DNA of 64,000 bases from positions 529,518-593,517 of the forward strand of contig CAVOQP010000010.1 in assembly GCA_963698385.1 (NCBI GenBank), written 5' to 3'. Position 1 is the stretch's first letter. Each line of letters begins with the position of its first letter. This document shows positions 27,475 to 36,445 of the stretch, in pieces. The notes under the pieces are model-generated. The model made no database searches. It was not told the origin of the DNA and was given only the letters and a program-made list of their open reading frames with translations. The position numbers and the translations under genes were made by a program. The DNA comes from an uncultured Acidimicrobiia bacterium. Lineage in GTDB: Bacteria > Actinomycetota > Acidimicrobiia > Spongiisociales > JAENVV01.

Positions 27475-27583
27475 GCCGCAGCACCCGGCACCCGGTCAGA
27501 ACCGACCTCGACCGACTGGCTTCCCGTCGTCGGGACCAATGCGGATCCATCGGCATAGCGATTCGTGCAGTCTCGCCACTGAA

Positions 27584-27601
27584 TTGTGAAACGGATTACA
27601 A
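27584..27601 (+). promoter_or_regulatory. Candidate Rex-type operator TTGTGAA-ACGG-ATTACAA upstream of nsrR-nosZ
   Basis: 12/14 match to the Rex operator consensus TTGTGAA-N4-TTCACAA, 33 nt upstream of the nsrR start. It could alternatively be the Rrf2 site. Confidence 0.35.
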
Positions 27602-27633
27602 TCGGATATAGACTCCGGGAGTCAACAACTCTC

Positions 27634-28026
27634 ATGCGACTCGAACTCACCAGGAAGACCGACCTAGCCCTCCGAGTGCTCAGGGCACTCTCCGGGAAGG
27701 GCCGCGTCCCACGGAAGGACCTTGCCGATCAGGCCGGGACCACGCCGCAGTTTCTCGCTCGGGTGATGAGTCCGCTCGTGAAGAGCGGTCTGGTCGAATC
27801 CAAGCCGGGGACTGCCGGTGGCTACGCCCTCGTGAGCGACCCCTGCACCATCTCGGTGCTCGACCTGATCGAAGTGATGGAGGGGCCGGTCATCAACGGG
27901 CGATGTGTGCTGCAGGGAGGGCTGTGTCCCGCCGACGGGAACTGCTCACTCCACACGGCCTGGTCGAGGGCTCGGGAAGCACTGATGGAAGAACTGAACG
28001 CCACAACCGTGGCGGACTGCAACTGA
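27634..28026 (+). CDS. nsrR: Rrf2-family transcriptional regulator with three-Cys Fe-S ligand set (NsrR/IscR-like)
   Basis: MRLELTRKTDLALRVL wHTH domain, then C..x..C..x..C (CVLQGGLCPADGNCSLH). Directly upstream of nosZ. Confidence 0.75.
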   Translation: MRLELTRKTDLALRVLRALSGKGRVPRKDLADQAGTTPQFLARVMSPLVKSGLVESKPGTAGGYALVSDPCTISVLDLIEVMEGPVINGRCVLQGGLCPADGNCSLHTAWSRAREALMEELNATTVADCN

Positions 28027-28044
28027 GGAGAAGGAGAACCCCTC

Positions 28045-30048
28045 ATGTCCGGACTGGACACGCCGGTGGAGCGTAAGCGCATCACGTGGCAAACCCTGCT
28101 GGCGATTGCCAGCGTGCTCATGCTGATCTTCGCGGCCTGTACGTCAGGTTCGAGTACTGCAGATGTCGGTGCCGACATCATCGAGGCTCGCGGCCTGACC
28201 GATGCCGACGTCGAAGCTGCCCTGAAGACCTTCACCCCTTCGGGTACCCACGACGAATACCTCCTGTTCGCCTCCGGCGGACACGGTGGCCAGATCGGCA
28301 TCATCGGTGTGCCGTCGATGCGCCTCCTGAAGGTGATCGCCGTGTTCACACCCGAACCCTGGCAAGGCTGGGGCTACGGCGACCTGAAGACAGAAGAAGT
28401 CCTGTCCTCCGGCGACGTCAACGGCATCGAGGTCCGTTGGGCCGACACCCACCACCCCGCCCTCTCCGAGACCGGCGGCGACTACGACGGCCAGTTCGTA
28501 TTCATCAACGACAAAGCCAACGCCCGCATCGCGGTCGTCGATCTTCGCGACTTCGAGACGAAGCAGATCGTCAAGAACCCCATCGCCATCAATGACCACG
28601 GCGGGACCATGGTCACCCCCGACACCGACTGGATCATCGAAGGCGGGCAGTACGCCACACCGCTGGCCGGTGAGTGGGCACCGATCGAGGACTACGTCGA
28701 GTCCTACCGCGGCATGGTGACGTTCTGGAAGTTCGATCGGGATAGCGGCCGCGTCCTCGAGGACCAGTCCTTCGCCATGGAACTCCCGCCCTACTGGCAG
28801 GACCTGTGTGACGCCGGCAAGCTCGTCTCCGACGGATGGGTGTTCTGCAACTCCTTCAACGTCGAGATGGCAACCGGTGGTGTCGAGGACGGCAACCCGC
28901 CATTCGAGGCCGGTGCATCGGCGCGCGACAACGACTATCTCCATGTCATCAATCTCGAGGCCGCCGTGGCAGCGAGGGATGCTGGCAAGACCGTCGACAT
29001 GAACGGCTTCCCCGTCATCGAGCTGCAAACCAGCATCGACGAGGGCCTGCTCTACTTCGTGCCAGAGCCCAAGAGCCCACATGGTGTCGACATCACCCCC
29101 AAGGGCGACTACCTCGTCATCTCCGGCAAGCTCGACCCGCACAGCACGATCTACTCATTCGAGAAGATCCAGCAGGCGATCGCGGACGAGAACTGGACCC
29201 CCGACGAGTTCGGTGTGCCGGTCCTCGACTTCGACGCGGTGCTCGAGGCCCAGGTCGAGTTGGGACTCGGTCCGCTCCACACCCAGTTCGACGACAAGGG
29301 CTACGCCTACACGTCGCTCTTCCTCGACTCGGCCGTCGCACGTTGGACCCTCGGGCCCAACTACGACCCACCTGAGGAGCCATGGACCCTGGTGACGAAG
29401 ACCCCGGTGCAGTACAACGTCGGTCACCTTGTCACCGCAGAAGGAGACACCGTCTCACCGGACGGCAAGTACCTGGTGTCACTGAACAAGTGGGCGATCG
29501 ACCGCTTCGCCGACGTCGGCCCGCTGCTCCCGCAGAACTTCCAGCTGGTCGACATCTCCCAAACCGGAGAGACGATGCCGGTGATCTACGACATGCCGAT
29601 CGGGTGGGGCGAACCGCACTACGCGCAGATCATCAAGGCTGACAAGCTGAACGCATGGCAGACGTACCCAGAGGTCGGCTTTGACCCCGGCACGATGTCG
29701 GTTGACCCCGACGCCCCCCAGTTGGGCAACGAGCGGATCGAGCGCAATGGCACCGAAGTGGAGATCTGGATGACCGCCATCCGCTCACACTTCACGCCCG
29801 AGCATGTCTCGCTCAAGCAGGGTGACCATGTCATCTGGCACATCACCAACGTGGAAACGTCCCACGACGCCACCCACGGCTTCGCGCTGCCAGGCTACAA
29901 CGTCAACCTCTCACTGGAACCAGGCGAAACGGCGTCGTTCGAGTTCGATGCAGTGAACGCAGGTGTGTACACCTACTACTGCACGGAATTCTGCTCCGCC
30001 CTCCACTTGGAGATGACGGGATACCTCATGATCGAGCCAAACTCCTAA
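28045..30048 (+). CDS. nosZ: Nitrous-oxide reductase, Sec/lipoprotein-type signal (clade II-like)
   Basis: Seven-blade propeller region and C-terminal CuA cupredoxin motif HGF...CTEFCSALHLEM. N-terminus has lipobox LIFAAC and no twin-arginine. Confidence 0.9.
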   Translation: MSGLDTPVERKRITWQTLLAIASVLMLIFAACTSGSSTADVGADIIEARGLTDADVEAALKTFTPSGTHDEYLLFASGGHGGQIGIIGVPSMRLLKVIAVFTPEPWQGWGYGDLKTEEVLSSGDVNGIEVRWADTHHPALSETGGDYDGQFVFINDKANARIAVVDLRDFETKQIVKNPIAINDHGGTMVTPDTDWIIEGGQYATPLAGEWAPIEDYVESYRGMVTFWKFDRDSGRVLEDQSFAMELPPYWQDLCDAGKLVSDGWVFCNSFNVEMATGGVEDGNPPFEAGASARDNDYLHVINLEAAVAARDAGKTVDMNGFPVIELQTSIDEGLLYFVPEPKSPHGVDITPKGDYLVISGKLDPHSTIYSFEKIQQAIADENWTPDEFGVPVLDFDAVLEAQVELGLGPLHTQFDDKGYAYTSLFLDSAVARWTLGPNYDPPEEPWTLVTKTPVQYNVGHLVTAEGDTVSPDGKYLVSLNKWAIDRFADVGPLLPQNFQLVDISQTGETMPVIYDMPIGWGEPHYAQIIKADKLNAWQTYPEVGFDPGTMSVDPDAPQLGNERIERNGTEVEIWMTAIRSHFTPEHVSLKQGDHVIWHITNVETSHDATHGFALPGYNVNLSLEPGETASFEFDAVNAGVYTYYCTEFCSALHLEMTGYLMIEPNS

Positions 30049-30071
30049 ACGCAACGAAGACTGGAGAAACG

Positions 30072-30728
30072 ATGGAGGCCACCAATCGTTTCCTCGGCCC
30101 CCGGGTCCCGAAAGAGACCCGGGGGCGGAGGGAATTCAGACTCCCTACGATCTTCTTCGTCAGCGCAGCCGTGCTGTTGTTGGCGTCGATCTTCGTTCCC
30201 TACTGGCGCCTGAACCTTGCCGCGCCCCAGTTCCCCAAGGGACTCATCGTCGACATCTACGTCAACGAGATGGCCGGGGACGTCGACCTCCTCGAGGGGC
30301 TCAACCACTATGTGGGACTCCCCGGGTTCGACGAAGGCGCGACACTCGAGCGCCAGATCGCCGTTGCCGGCATCCTGGCGGTCGTGGGTGCGCTCGCAGC
30401 GGGATTGTTCATCCACAGCAAATGGATCGTCCTGTTCACGCTTCCCACGCTCACGTTCCCGCTGGTGTTCCTGGCTGACCTTCAGTATTGGCTCTGGCAC
30501 TACGGGCACTCGCTCGACCCACTGGCACCGTTCGCCAGCGCCGTCGGCGAGTTCACCCCACCGGTGCTGGGACCATCCAAGATCGCCCAGTTCGACACCA
30601 TGGCCCTACCCCACGTCGGCCTCATCATGGCCTTCACCGCCACCGCACTCGTGATCCTCGGCCTTCGGGCCCATCGCAAGGTGTACGAGCCGTTGTTCGA
30701 GGCAGCCGATGAGGCACCGGTTGCATAG
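30072..30728 (+). CDS. NosB-like integral membrane protein (clade II nos accessory)
   Basis: 218 aa, about 5-6 TM, immediately after nosZ as in clade II clusters. Confidence 0.55.
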   Translation: MEATNRFLGPRVPKETRGRREFRLPTIFFVSAAVLLLASIFVPYWRLNLAAPQFPKGLIVDIYVNEMAGDVDLLEGLNHYVGLPGFDEGATLERQIAVAGILAVVGALAAGLFIHSKWIVLFTLPTLTFPLVFLADLQYWLWHYGHSLDPLAPFASAVGEFTPPVLGPSKIAQFDTMALPHVGLIMAFTATALVILGLRAHRKVYEPLFEAADEAPVA

Positions 30729-32166
30729 GCGCCCGGGTACAGGGCCCATCGGTCGAGCGGCGCACCTCAAGGCGCCGAAACGGTCGGGGTACCTGCTGCC
30801 CGGCGGGTCCCGCACGCTCACCCGTCTCCTGGTGGTGGTGCTCGTCGTGGCCGGCGTGGCGACGACCTCCCCGGCACACGCGGTGGACGACCTCCAGGGC
30901 CTCATCGACGGCGCCGAGGCCGGGTCGGAGCTCCTGGTCCCGGCCGGGACGTACAGCCCGATCGTCATCGACAAGCCGATCACCCTCCAGGGCATCGGCA
31001 ACCCTGTCATCGACGGCCACGGAGAGGGAACCGTGGTCACCATCAACGCCGACGACGTCACCATCACCGGCTTCACGATCCGGTCGTCCGGCCGATCTCT
31101 CGACCACGAGGATTCCGGCGTCTTTGCCCAAGGCGCCAGGATCACCGTCACCCACAACGTCTTCGAGGACGTCCTCTTCGGCATCTACCTACGCCTCGGA
31201 GAGGACTCGGTCATCACTCACAACGTCATCGGAGCCAAGGATCTCGAGTCGGGGCGACGCGGGGATCCCGTGAAGCTCTGGGAGAGCCCGCGCACACTCT
31301 TTGCCGACAACTCCGTCCAGAGCGGCCGTGACGTCGTGCTCTGGTACTCCGAGGGGATCGTCATCCGGGACAACGTGATCCAGGACGGTCGCTACGGCCT
31401 CCACTTCATGTACAGCCACGACGCCATGGTCTCTGGCAACACGCTCCGGGACAACTCTGTCGGGGCGTTCCTCATGTACTCCTACAACTTGACCTTCAAC
31501 GACAACCTCGTCGTGGGCAACCACGGGCCATCCGGGTACGGGATGGGGCTCAAGGACATGGACGGCGTGGAGGCGTCCGGCAATGAGTTCATCGGCAACC
31601 GCATTGGGATCTACCTCGACAACTCCCCCACCAAGGTCGACCTCATCCAACACTTCACCGACAACCTCATCGCCCACAACGACGTCGGTGTCATGCTGCT
31701 TCCCGCTGTCCAAGGCAACGTGTTCTCGGGCAACGCCTTCGTCGAGAACCGCGAACAGGTCGGCGTTGCCGGATCCGGTACCCCTCGCAACAACGATTGG
31801 GCGGCCAACGGCATCGGCAACCACTGGAGCGACTTCGCCGGCTATGACGCCGACGGCGACGGGTTGGGAGACATCCCCCACCGGGTCGACGACCTCTTTT
31901 CTGCCCTCACCGATACGAAGTCCGAACTCATGATCTTCTCCGGGTCGCCCGCAGCCAGGCTCATCGACGCCGCCGCCAGGGCCTTCCCGACGCTCCGACC
32001 CGAACCGAAGGCGATCGACCCTTCGCCCCTCGTGGATCTCCCCTCGTTTGCCGCGCCCTCGGGGGCGTCGGCGCCCTTCGGCGTTACGCTCCTCGGGACC
32101 CTCCTCCTTGGGCTGGCAGCACTCATCGTCACCGCCGGTCGCCCACGCCGGGAGCTCCGCCCATGA
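30709..32166 (+). CDS. nosD: NosD, periplasmic right-handed beta-helix copper-processing protein
   Basis: Repeated beta-helix motifs (NVI.DN..G.., GNR.G.YL.NS) with signal peptide. Confidence 0.85.
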   Translation: MRHRLHRRPGTGPIGRAAHLKAPKRSGYLLPGGSRTLTRLLVVVLVVAGVATTSPAHAVDDLQGLIDGAEAGSELLVPAGTYSPIVIDKPITLQGIGNPVIDGHGEGTVVTINADDVTITGFTIRSSGRSLDHEDSGVFAQGARITVTHNVFEDVLFGIYLRLGEDSVITHNVIGAKDLESGRRGDPVKLWESPRTLFADNSVQSGRDVVLWYSEGIVIRDNVIQDGRYGLHFMYSHDAMVSGNTLRDNSVGAFLMYSYNLTFNDNLVVGNHGPSGYGMGLKDMDGVEASGNEFIGNRIGIYLDNSPTKVDLIQHFTDNLIAHNDVGVMLLPAVQGNVFSGNAFVENREQVGVAGSGTPRNNDWAANGIGNHWSDFAGYDADGDGLGDIPHRVDDLFSALTDTKSELMIFSGSPAARLIDAAARAFPTLRPEPKAIDPSPLVDLPSFAAPSGASAPFGVTLLGTLLLGLAALIVTAGRPRRELRP

Positions 32167-33017
32167 TCTCCATCACGAACCTCACCAAGCGCTACGGCTC
32201 CCAACTGGCGCTTGACGACGTGTCGATCGAGATCCCCGCCGGCGACGCGATCGCGCTCTGGGGCCACAACGGCGCCGGCAAGACGACCATCGTCCGCTCG
32301 ATCCTCGGCCTCATCCACTACCAGGGCGGGATCACGGTCGGCGGTCATGACGCGTTCTCGGAGGGGATCGCCGTTCGCCACCTCATCGGCCATGTACCCC
32401 AGGAACTCTCCTTCCACGATGAACTCACCGTGGCGGAGACGATGGAGTTCTCCTGCGCCCTCAAGGGCGTCAGCGGCGCACGGGCCAGGGAAGTCCTGGC
32501 CCAGGTGGGACTCGAGGGAGAGCTCGGCAAGAGGGTCGGGGCCCTCTCCGGGGGAATGAAGCAGCGCCTCGCCATCGGCCTCGCCCTGCTGGCCAACCCA
32601 CCCGTCCTGCTCCTCGACGAGCCGACCTCCAACCTGGATGCGGCCACCCGCGAGCAGATGGTCCACGTGCTGCAGGACCTGAAATCCGAGCAAAGGACCC
32701 TGGTACTCACCTCCCACAACCTCGGGGAAGTCGGCCTGCTGGCAGACCGGGTCATCACCCTCGAACACGGCCGAGTCGTGCTCGAATGCAGCCCCGGCGA
32801 ACTCGACGCGAAGCTCGGGATCTCGACCTGGCTCCATGTCACCGTCAAACAAGACGAGATCAGCCGAGCCATCGAGGCGATCCTCGGGATTGGCATGAAG
32901 GCTCGCAGCAACGGGACCGGCATCCTCGTCGAGGCGCCCGCCCAGGAGAAGGCCAAGGCCCTCGCGGTACTCGCCGCAGCCGGTGTCGATGTCCAGGACT
33001 TCGAGGTGTGGCGATGA
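32163..33017 (+). CDS. nosF: NosF ABC transporter ATP-binding protein
   Basis: GHNGAGKTT Walker A, LSGGMKQRLAIG signature, LLLDEPTSNLD Walker B. Confidence 0.85.
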   Translation: MISITNLTKRYGSQLALDDVSIEIPAGDAIALWGHNGAGKTTIVRSILGLIHYQGGITVGGHDAFSEGIAVRHLIGHVPQELSFHDELTVAETMEFSCALKGVSGARAREVLAQVGLEGELGKRVGALSGGMKQRLAIGLALLANPPVLLLDEPTSNLDAATREQMVHVLQDLKSEQRTLVLTSHNLGEVGLLADRVITLEHGRVVLECSPGELDAKLGISTWLHVTVKQDEISRAIEAILGIGMKARSNGTGILVEAPAQEKAKALAVLAAAGVDVQDFEVWR

Positions 33018-33847
33018 ACGGGCACTGGAACGCCATCCGAACCGTGGCCCGCAAGGAACTGCGGGAATCGATCCGCAACCGTTGGTTGTGGGCCATGGCC
33101 TCCGGCTTCGCACTCATCGCAGTAGCTCTCACCCTCGTGGGGCTTCCCGGCGCCCGAACCGTGGGGGCCGGGGGGTTCGGGCGCACCGCGGCGTCGTTGG
33201 TGGCCCTTGCCCAGCTCATGGCACCGCTCCTCGGGCTCACGGTGGGTGCCCAGGCGCTGGCCACGGCACGTGAGCGGGGGACCCTTCGCTTCGTGCTGTC
33301 ACACCCAATCGGCCGCTCCGACGTCCTCGCAGGGATGTTCCTGGGCTTGGGGAGCGCGGTCTGGGCGGCCGTGCTTGCCGGGTTCGGCGCCGCTGCGCTG
33401 GTGAGCGCGGCCCTGGGCTCCGCGGGACCGGCCGCGGTCGTCTTCACACTCACGGTCCTCTCCGGGTTGCTCGCCACGGCAATGCTCGCCCTCGGGATGG
33501 CCATCGGTGCCGGGAAGCGCGAGGCCTCCACGGCCCTCGGCACGGCCATCTTCATCTGGCTGCTGCTCGTGTTCGCAGGGGACCTGGGAATCATGGGGTC
33601 GGCCATTGCCGTCAAGATGCCGGTGAGCATCCTGTTCTTCTCGGTGATGATCAACCCGGTGGAGGCCTTCCGCATGCTGGCTGTGCCGTTCTTCGCCACA
33701 TCACTCGACGTGCTCGGGCCCGCCGGCTCCTATGCAGTCGACACACTGGGGTCCTTGGCACCCGCCACCGGCGCAGTGGTGTTGGCAGCGTGGATCGTCA
33801 TCCCCGGCGTGTTTGCATTGCGGCGATTCAATCGGAGTGACTTCTGA
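33014..33847 (+). CDS. nosY: NosY ABC-2 type permease
   Basis: 6 TM. ATG overlaps the nosF stop (ATGA). Confidence 0.8.
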   Translation: MNGHWNAIRTVARKELRESIRNRWLWAMASGFALIAVALTLVGLPGARTVGAGGFGRTAASLVALAQLMAPLLGLTVGAQALATARERGTLRFVLSHPIGRSDVLAGMFLGLGSAVWAAVLAGFGAAALVSAALGSAGPAAVVFTLTVLSGLLATAMLALGMAIGAGKREASTALGTAIFIWLLLVFAGDLGIMGSAIAVKMPVSILFFSVMINPVEAFRMLAVPFFATSLDVLGPAGSYAVDTLGSLAPATGAVVLAAWIVIPGVFALRRFNRSDF

Positions 33848-34443
33848 TGACCCCCCACCGAGCCCGAGCGTCGAGCCCGAGCCAGCGGCGCCGAAGCCCA
33901 CACGTGCTCGTGCTGGTGCTCGCGCTCGGGCTGTTCGCGGCCGCCTGCTCCACCTCCGTCAACCTCGATGAACCGCCTGGGCTGAACGTCGGCCGGGACA
34001 TCTGCGCCCGGTGCGGCATGATCATCGAGGACGTCAGGTTCGCCGCCGGCTTTCGGCTTGAGGACGGCACGTCCCGGGTGTTCGACGACATCGGCGGGAT
34101 GTTGGCATGGGGCAAGCTCTCCGGAGAACTCGAAGGGGCCCGCGTCTGGGTCCACGACTACCACTCGGAGTCGTGGGTCGATGCGACGACCGCTACATTT
34201 GTCCTGTCATCCGATATCCCGACGCCGATGGCGTTCGGCATCGCCGCCTTCTCCACCAGGGAGGCAGCGGAGGCCTTCGCCCAGGAGTTGGATGCCATGG
34301 TCCACAGCTGGGACGATGTCTCGGCCATGGGCGAGGCAGGAGAACTCGAAGATCACCACGGCGAAGGAGCCGAGGGAGCCAACGCAGACCATGCAACCCA
34401 TGCGTCCGAGTCGGAGGTAGAGCATGCACACACTGATTCCTAA
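33847..34443 (+). CDS. nosL: NosL copper-chaperone lipoprotein
   Basis: Lipobox LFAAAC and DICARCGMII motif. Confidence 0.8.
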   Translation: MTPHRARASSPSQRRRSPHVLVLVLALGLFAAACSTSVNLDEPPGLNVGRDICARCGMIIEDVRFAAGFRLEDGTSRVFDDIGGMLAWGKLSGELEGARVWVHDYHSESWVDATTATFVLSSDIPTPMAFGIAAFSTREAAEAFAQELDAMVHSWDDVSAMGEAGELEDHHGEGAEGANADHATHASESEVEHAHTDS

Positions 34444-34468
34444 CCGGAACCCAAGAAAGGAACCAACC

Positions 34469-34873
34469 ATGAAGAAGAGCACGATCGCGATCCTCTTCAC
34501 TGTCCTCGCTCTGATGGTCGCCGCGTGCGGCGGCGGGAGTGACGGCGACGGTGGGACCGCCGCGACCGAAGCTCCATCCGGAGCCGGCTCCGGCGGCGAT
34601 GCAGCCAACGGCGAGAAGGTCTTCGCCGGCACCTGCTCGGCCTGCCACGGTGCAGACGCAATGGGCATCGACGGTCTCGGCAAGCAGCTTGTCGAGTCCG
34701 AATTCGTCGCGAGCCAATCCGACAGTGAGCTTTTCACGCTCATCACGACCGGACGCCCCTCAAGCGATCCCCTCAACACGACAGGCGTCGACATGCCTCC
34801 CAAGGGCGGCAACCCTTCGCTCAACGATGCGGCGATTGCCGATCTCGTCGCCTACCTCAGGTCCCTGGCCTAG
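34469..34873 (+). CDS. Mono-heme c-type cytochrome lipoprotein (probable electron donor to NosZ)
   Basis: AAAGGAACCAACC then ATG. Lipobox LMVAAC and CSACHG heme-binding motif. Confidence 0.75.
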   Translation: MKKSTIAILFTVLALMVAACGGGSDGDGGTAATEAPSGAGSGGDAANGEKVFAGTCSACHGADAMGIDGLGKQLVESEFVASQSDSELFTLITTGRPSSDPLNTTGVDMPPKGGNPSLNDAAIADLVAYLRSLA

Positions 34874-34882
34874 TCCCAGGTG

Positions 34883-34903
34883 AGGCCGCCCTCTGGGCGG
34901 CTT
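34883..34903 (+). terminator. Terminator hairpin AGGCCGCCC-TCT-GGGCGGCTT
   Basis: 9-bp stem, 10 nt after the stop of the cytochrome c gene. Confidence 0.55.
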
Positions 34904-35082
34904 CGAACAGGGCCGCGGAGGGCAGTGTGGCCTCCACCTTCCACGGCCGTTGCTGGGCCCGCCCCTCGGGGTGGGCCCAGCGCATTGTTGGGCTCGGCCT
35001 CGAGCTCGAGCCCGAGGGGCCCCACACCGTCGCCTCGCCAGTCTGACGCCTCGCCGCCGCTCCACACCCAGCCGGTAGCCTC

Positions 35083-36180
35083 TTGCCCATGCGCGCAGCG
35101 GCCCTCTTCGAGCAGCCAGGAGTCCTTCGGCTCGTCGACGTCGAGATCGATGGCCCCCAGCCCCACGAAGTCCTCGTTCGTACCGCCGCCTGCGGACTCT
35201 GCCATAGCGACCTCCACGCCTTGACCGGCGATGTACCCGCCCACCTGCCGTCGGTCCTTGGTCATGAAGCCGCAGGCGTGGTCGAAGCCGTCGGGGAGTC
35301 GGTGACGGGCTTCGCGGCGGGTGACCACGTGGTGGCCTGCATCACCCCCTATTGCGGTTCGTGCGCGGCCTGCAATCGCGGAGAGACCTGGCTGTGCCAA
35401 CTGCGCGACCAACCACCCCTCGTGCGAGGGCCCGACGATCGACCCCGACTATGGCACGGTGATGGCCCAGCCAGCCAGTTCTTGGCGATCGCCGGCTTCG
35501 CCGAGCGACTGCTCGTCAGCGAGAGGGCCCTGGTCCGGGTGCCCGATGAGCTGCCGCTGGATCGGGCTTCGCTCCTCGGTTGCGGCACGCTCACCGGCTA
35601 CGGGACCATCGTGAACAAGGCCAGGGTCCGCCCCGGTGAGTCGGTGGTCGTGGTCGGCTGCGGTGGAGTCGGGCTCTCAGCCATCCAGGCCGCTTCGATC
35701 GTTGGGGCCGGCCCGATCATCGCCATCGACATCCACGACCACGCCCTCGACCTTGCCCGGCAGTTGGGTGCCACCGTCACCATCAACTCCTCCGAGGACG
35801 ATGCCAGGAGCATGGTCAAGGCCCTCACCAAGGGCGGGGCCGACCACGTGATCGAAGCCATCGGGCTCCCGTCCACCATGGCGCAGATCGTCGACATGAT
35901 CCGACCGGGCGGAAACGCCTATTGCATCGGGATCGCTCCCATCCCCTCCAAGATGGAGTTGAGTGCCTTCCGCCTGGTGTGGTTCAACCGCAGCGTGCAT
36001 GGCGTGTTCATGGGAGCGAACAACTTCCGACGCGACATCCCCGCCTTGGCCGACCTCTACCTGTCGGGGAAGCTCGACCTCGACCACCTCGTCACCGACC
36101 GCATCACGCTCGATGAGGTGAACACCGGATTCGACGCCATGCGGGCCGGTTCACTCGGCCGCACCGTGGTGATGTTCTAG
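35083..36180 (+). CDS. Zn-dependent alcohol dehydrogenase (MDR superfamily)
   Basis: GHEAAGVVEAVGESV, CGSCAACNRG structural zinc motif, GCGGVGLS NAD fold. Confidence 0.85.
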   Translation: MPMRAAALFEQPGVLRLVDVEIDGPQPHEVLVRTAACGLCHSDLHALTGDVPAHLPSVLGHEAAGVVEAVGESVTGFAAGDHVVACITPYCGSCAACNRGETWLCQLRDQPPLVRGPDDRPRLWHGDGPASQFLAIAGFAERLLVSERALVRVPDELPLDRASLLGCGTLTGYGTIVNKARVRPGESVVVVGCGGVGLSAIQAASIVGAGPIIAIDIHDHALDLARQLGATVTINSSEDDARSMVKALTKGGADHVIEAIGLPSTMAQIVDMIRPGGNAYCIGIAPIPSKMELSAFRLVWFNRSVHGVFMGANNFRRDIPALADLYLSGKLDLDHLVTDRITLDEVNTGFDAMRAGSLGRTVVMF

Positions 36181-36344
36181 TGGTGTGTCTGCGAATTGAT
36201 GGTGGCGTGTCCCGGAGCGATCATCGTCTCTCCCAAGGACGCACAACGCAGGCGCATCGGTAGATGCGTCAAGGCGGAGGACGCCGGGAGGGGCGACTGA
36301 GCGCCCGGGAGACGACCCAGCCAATTCGGAGACGTACCACTACG

Positions 36345-36445
36345 GGAGTCCCAAGTCCCAAGTCCCGAGTCCCAACAAGCGTTAATCGTCAAGGTACGAG
36401 TCCTGAGCCCCCAGTCCTCGGTCCTCGGTCCTCGGTCCTTGGCTG
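36345..36445. repeat. Tandem heptamer arrays: (GAGTCCC, the reverse complement of GGGACTC) x about 4, then (GTCCTCG) x about 4
   Basis: GGGAGTCCCAAGTCCCAAGTCCCGAGTCCCAAC ... CAGTCCTCGGTCCTCGGTCCTCGGTCCTTGG, between convergent genes. Confidence 0.75.
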
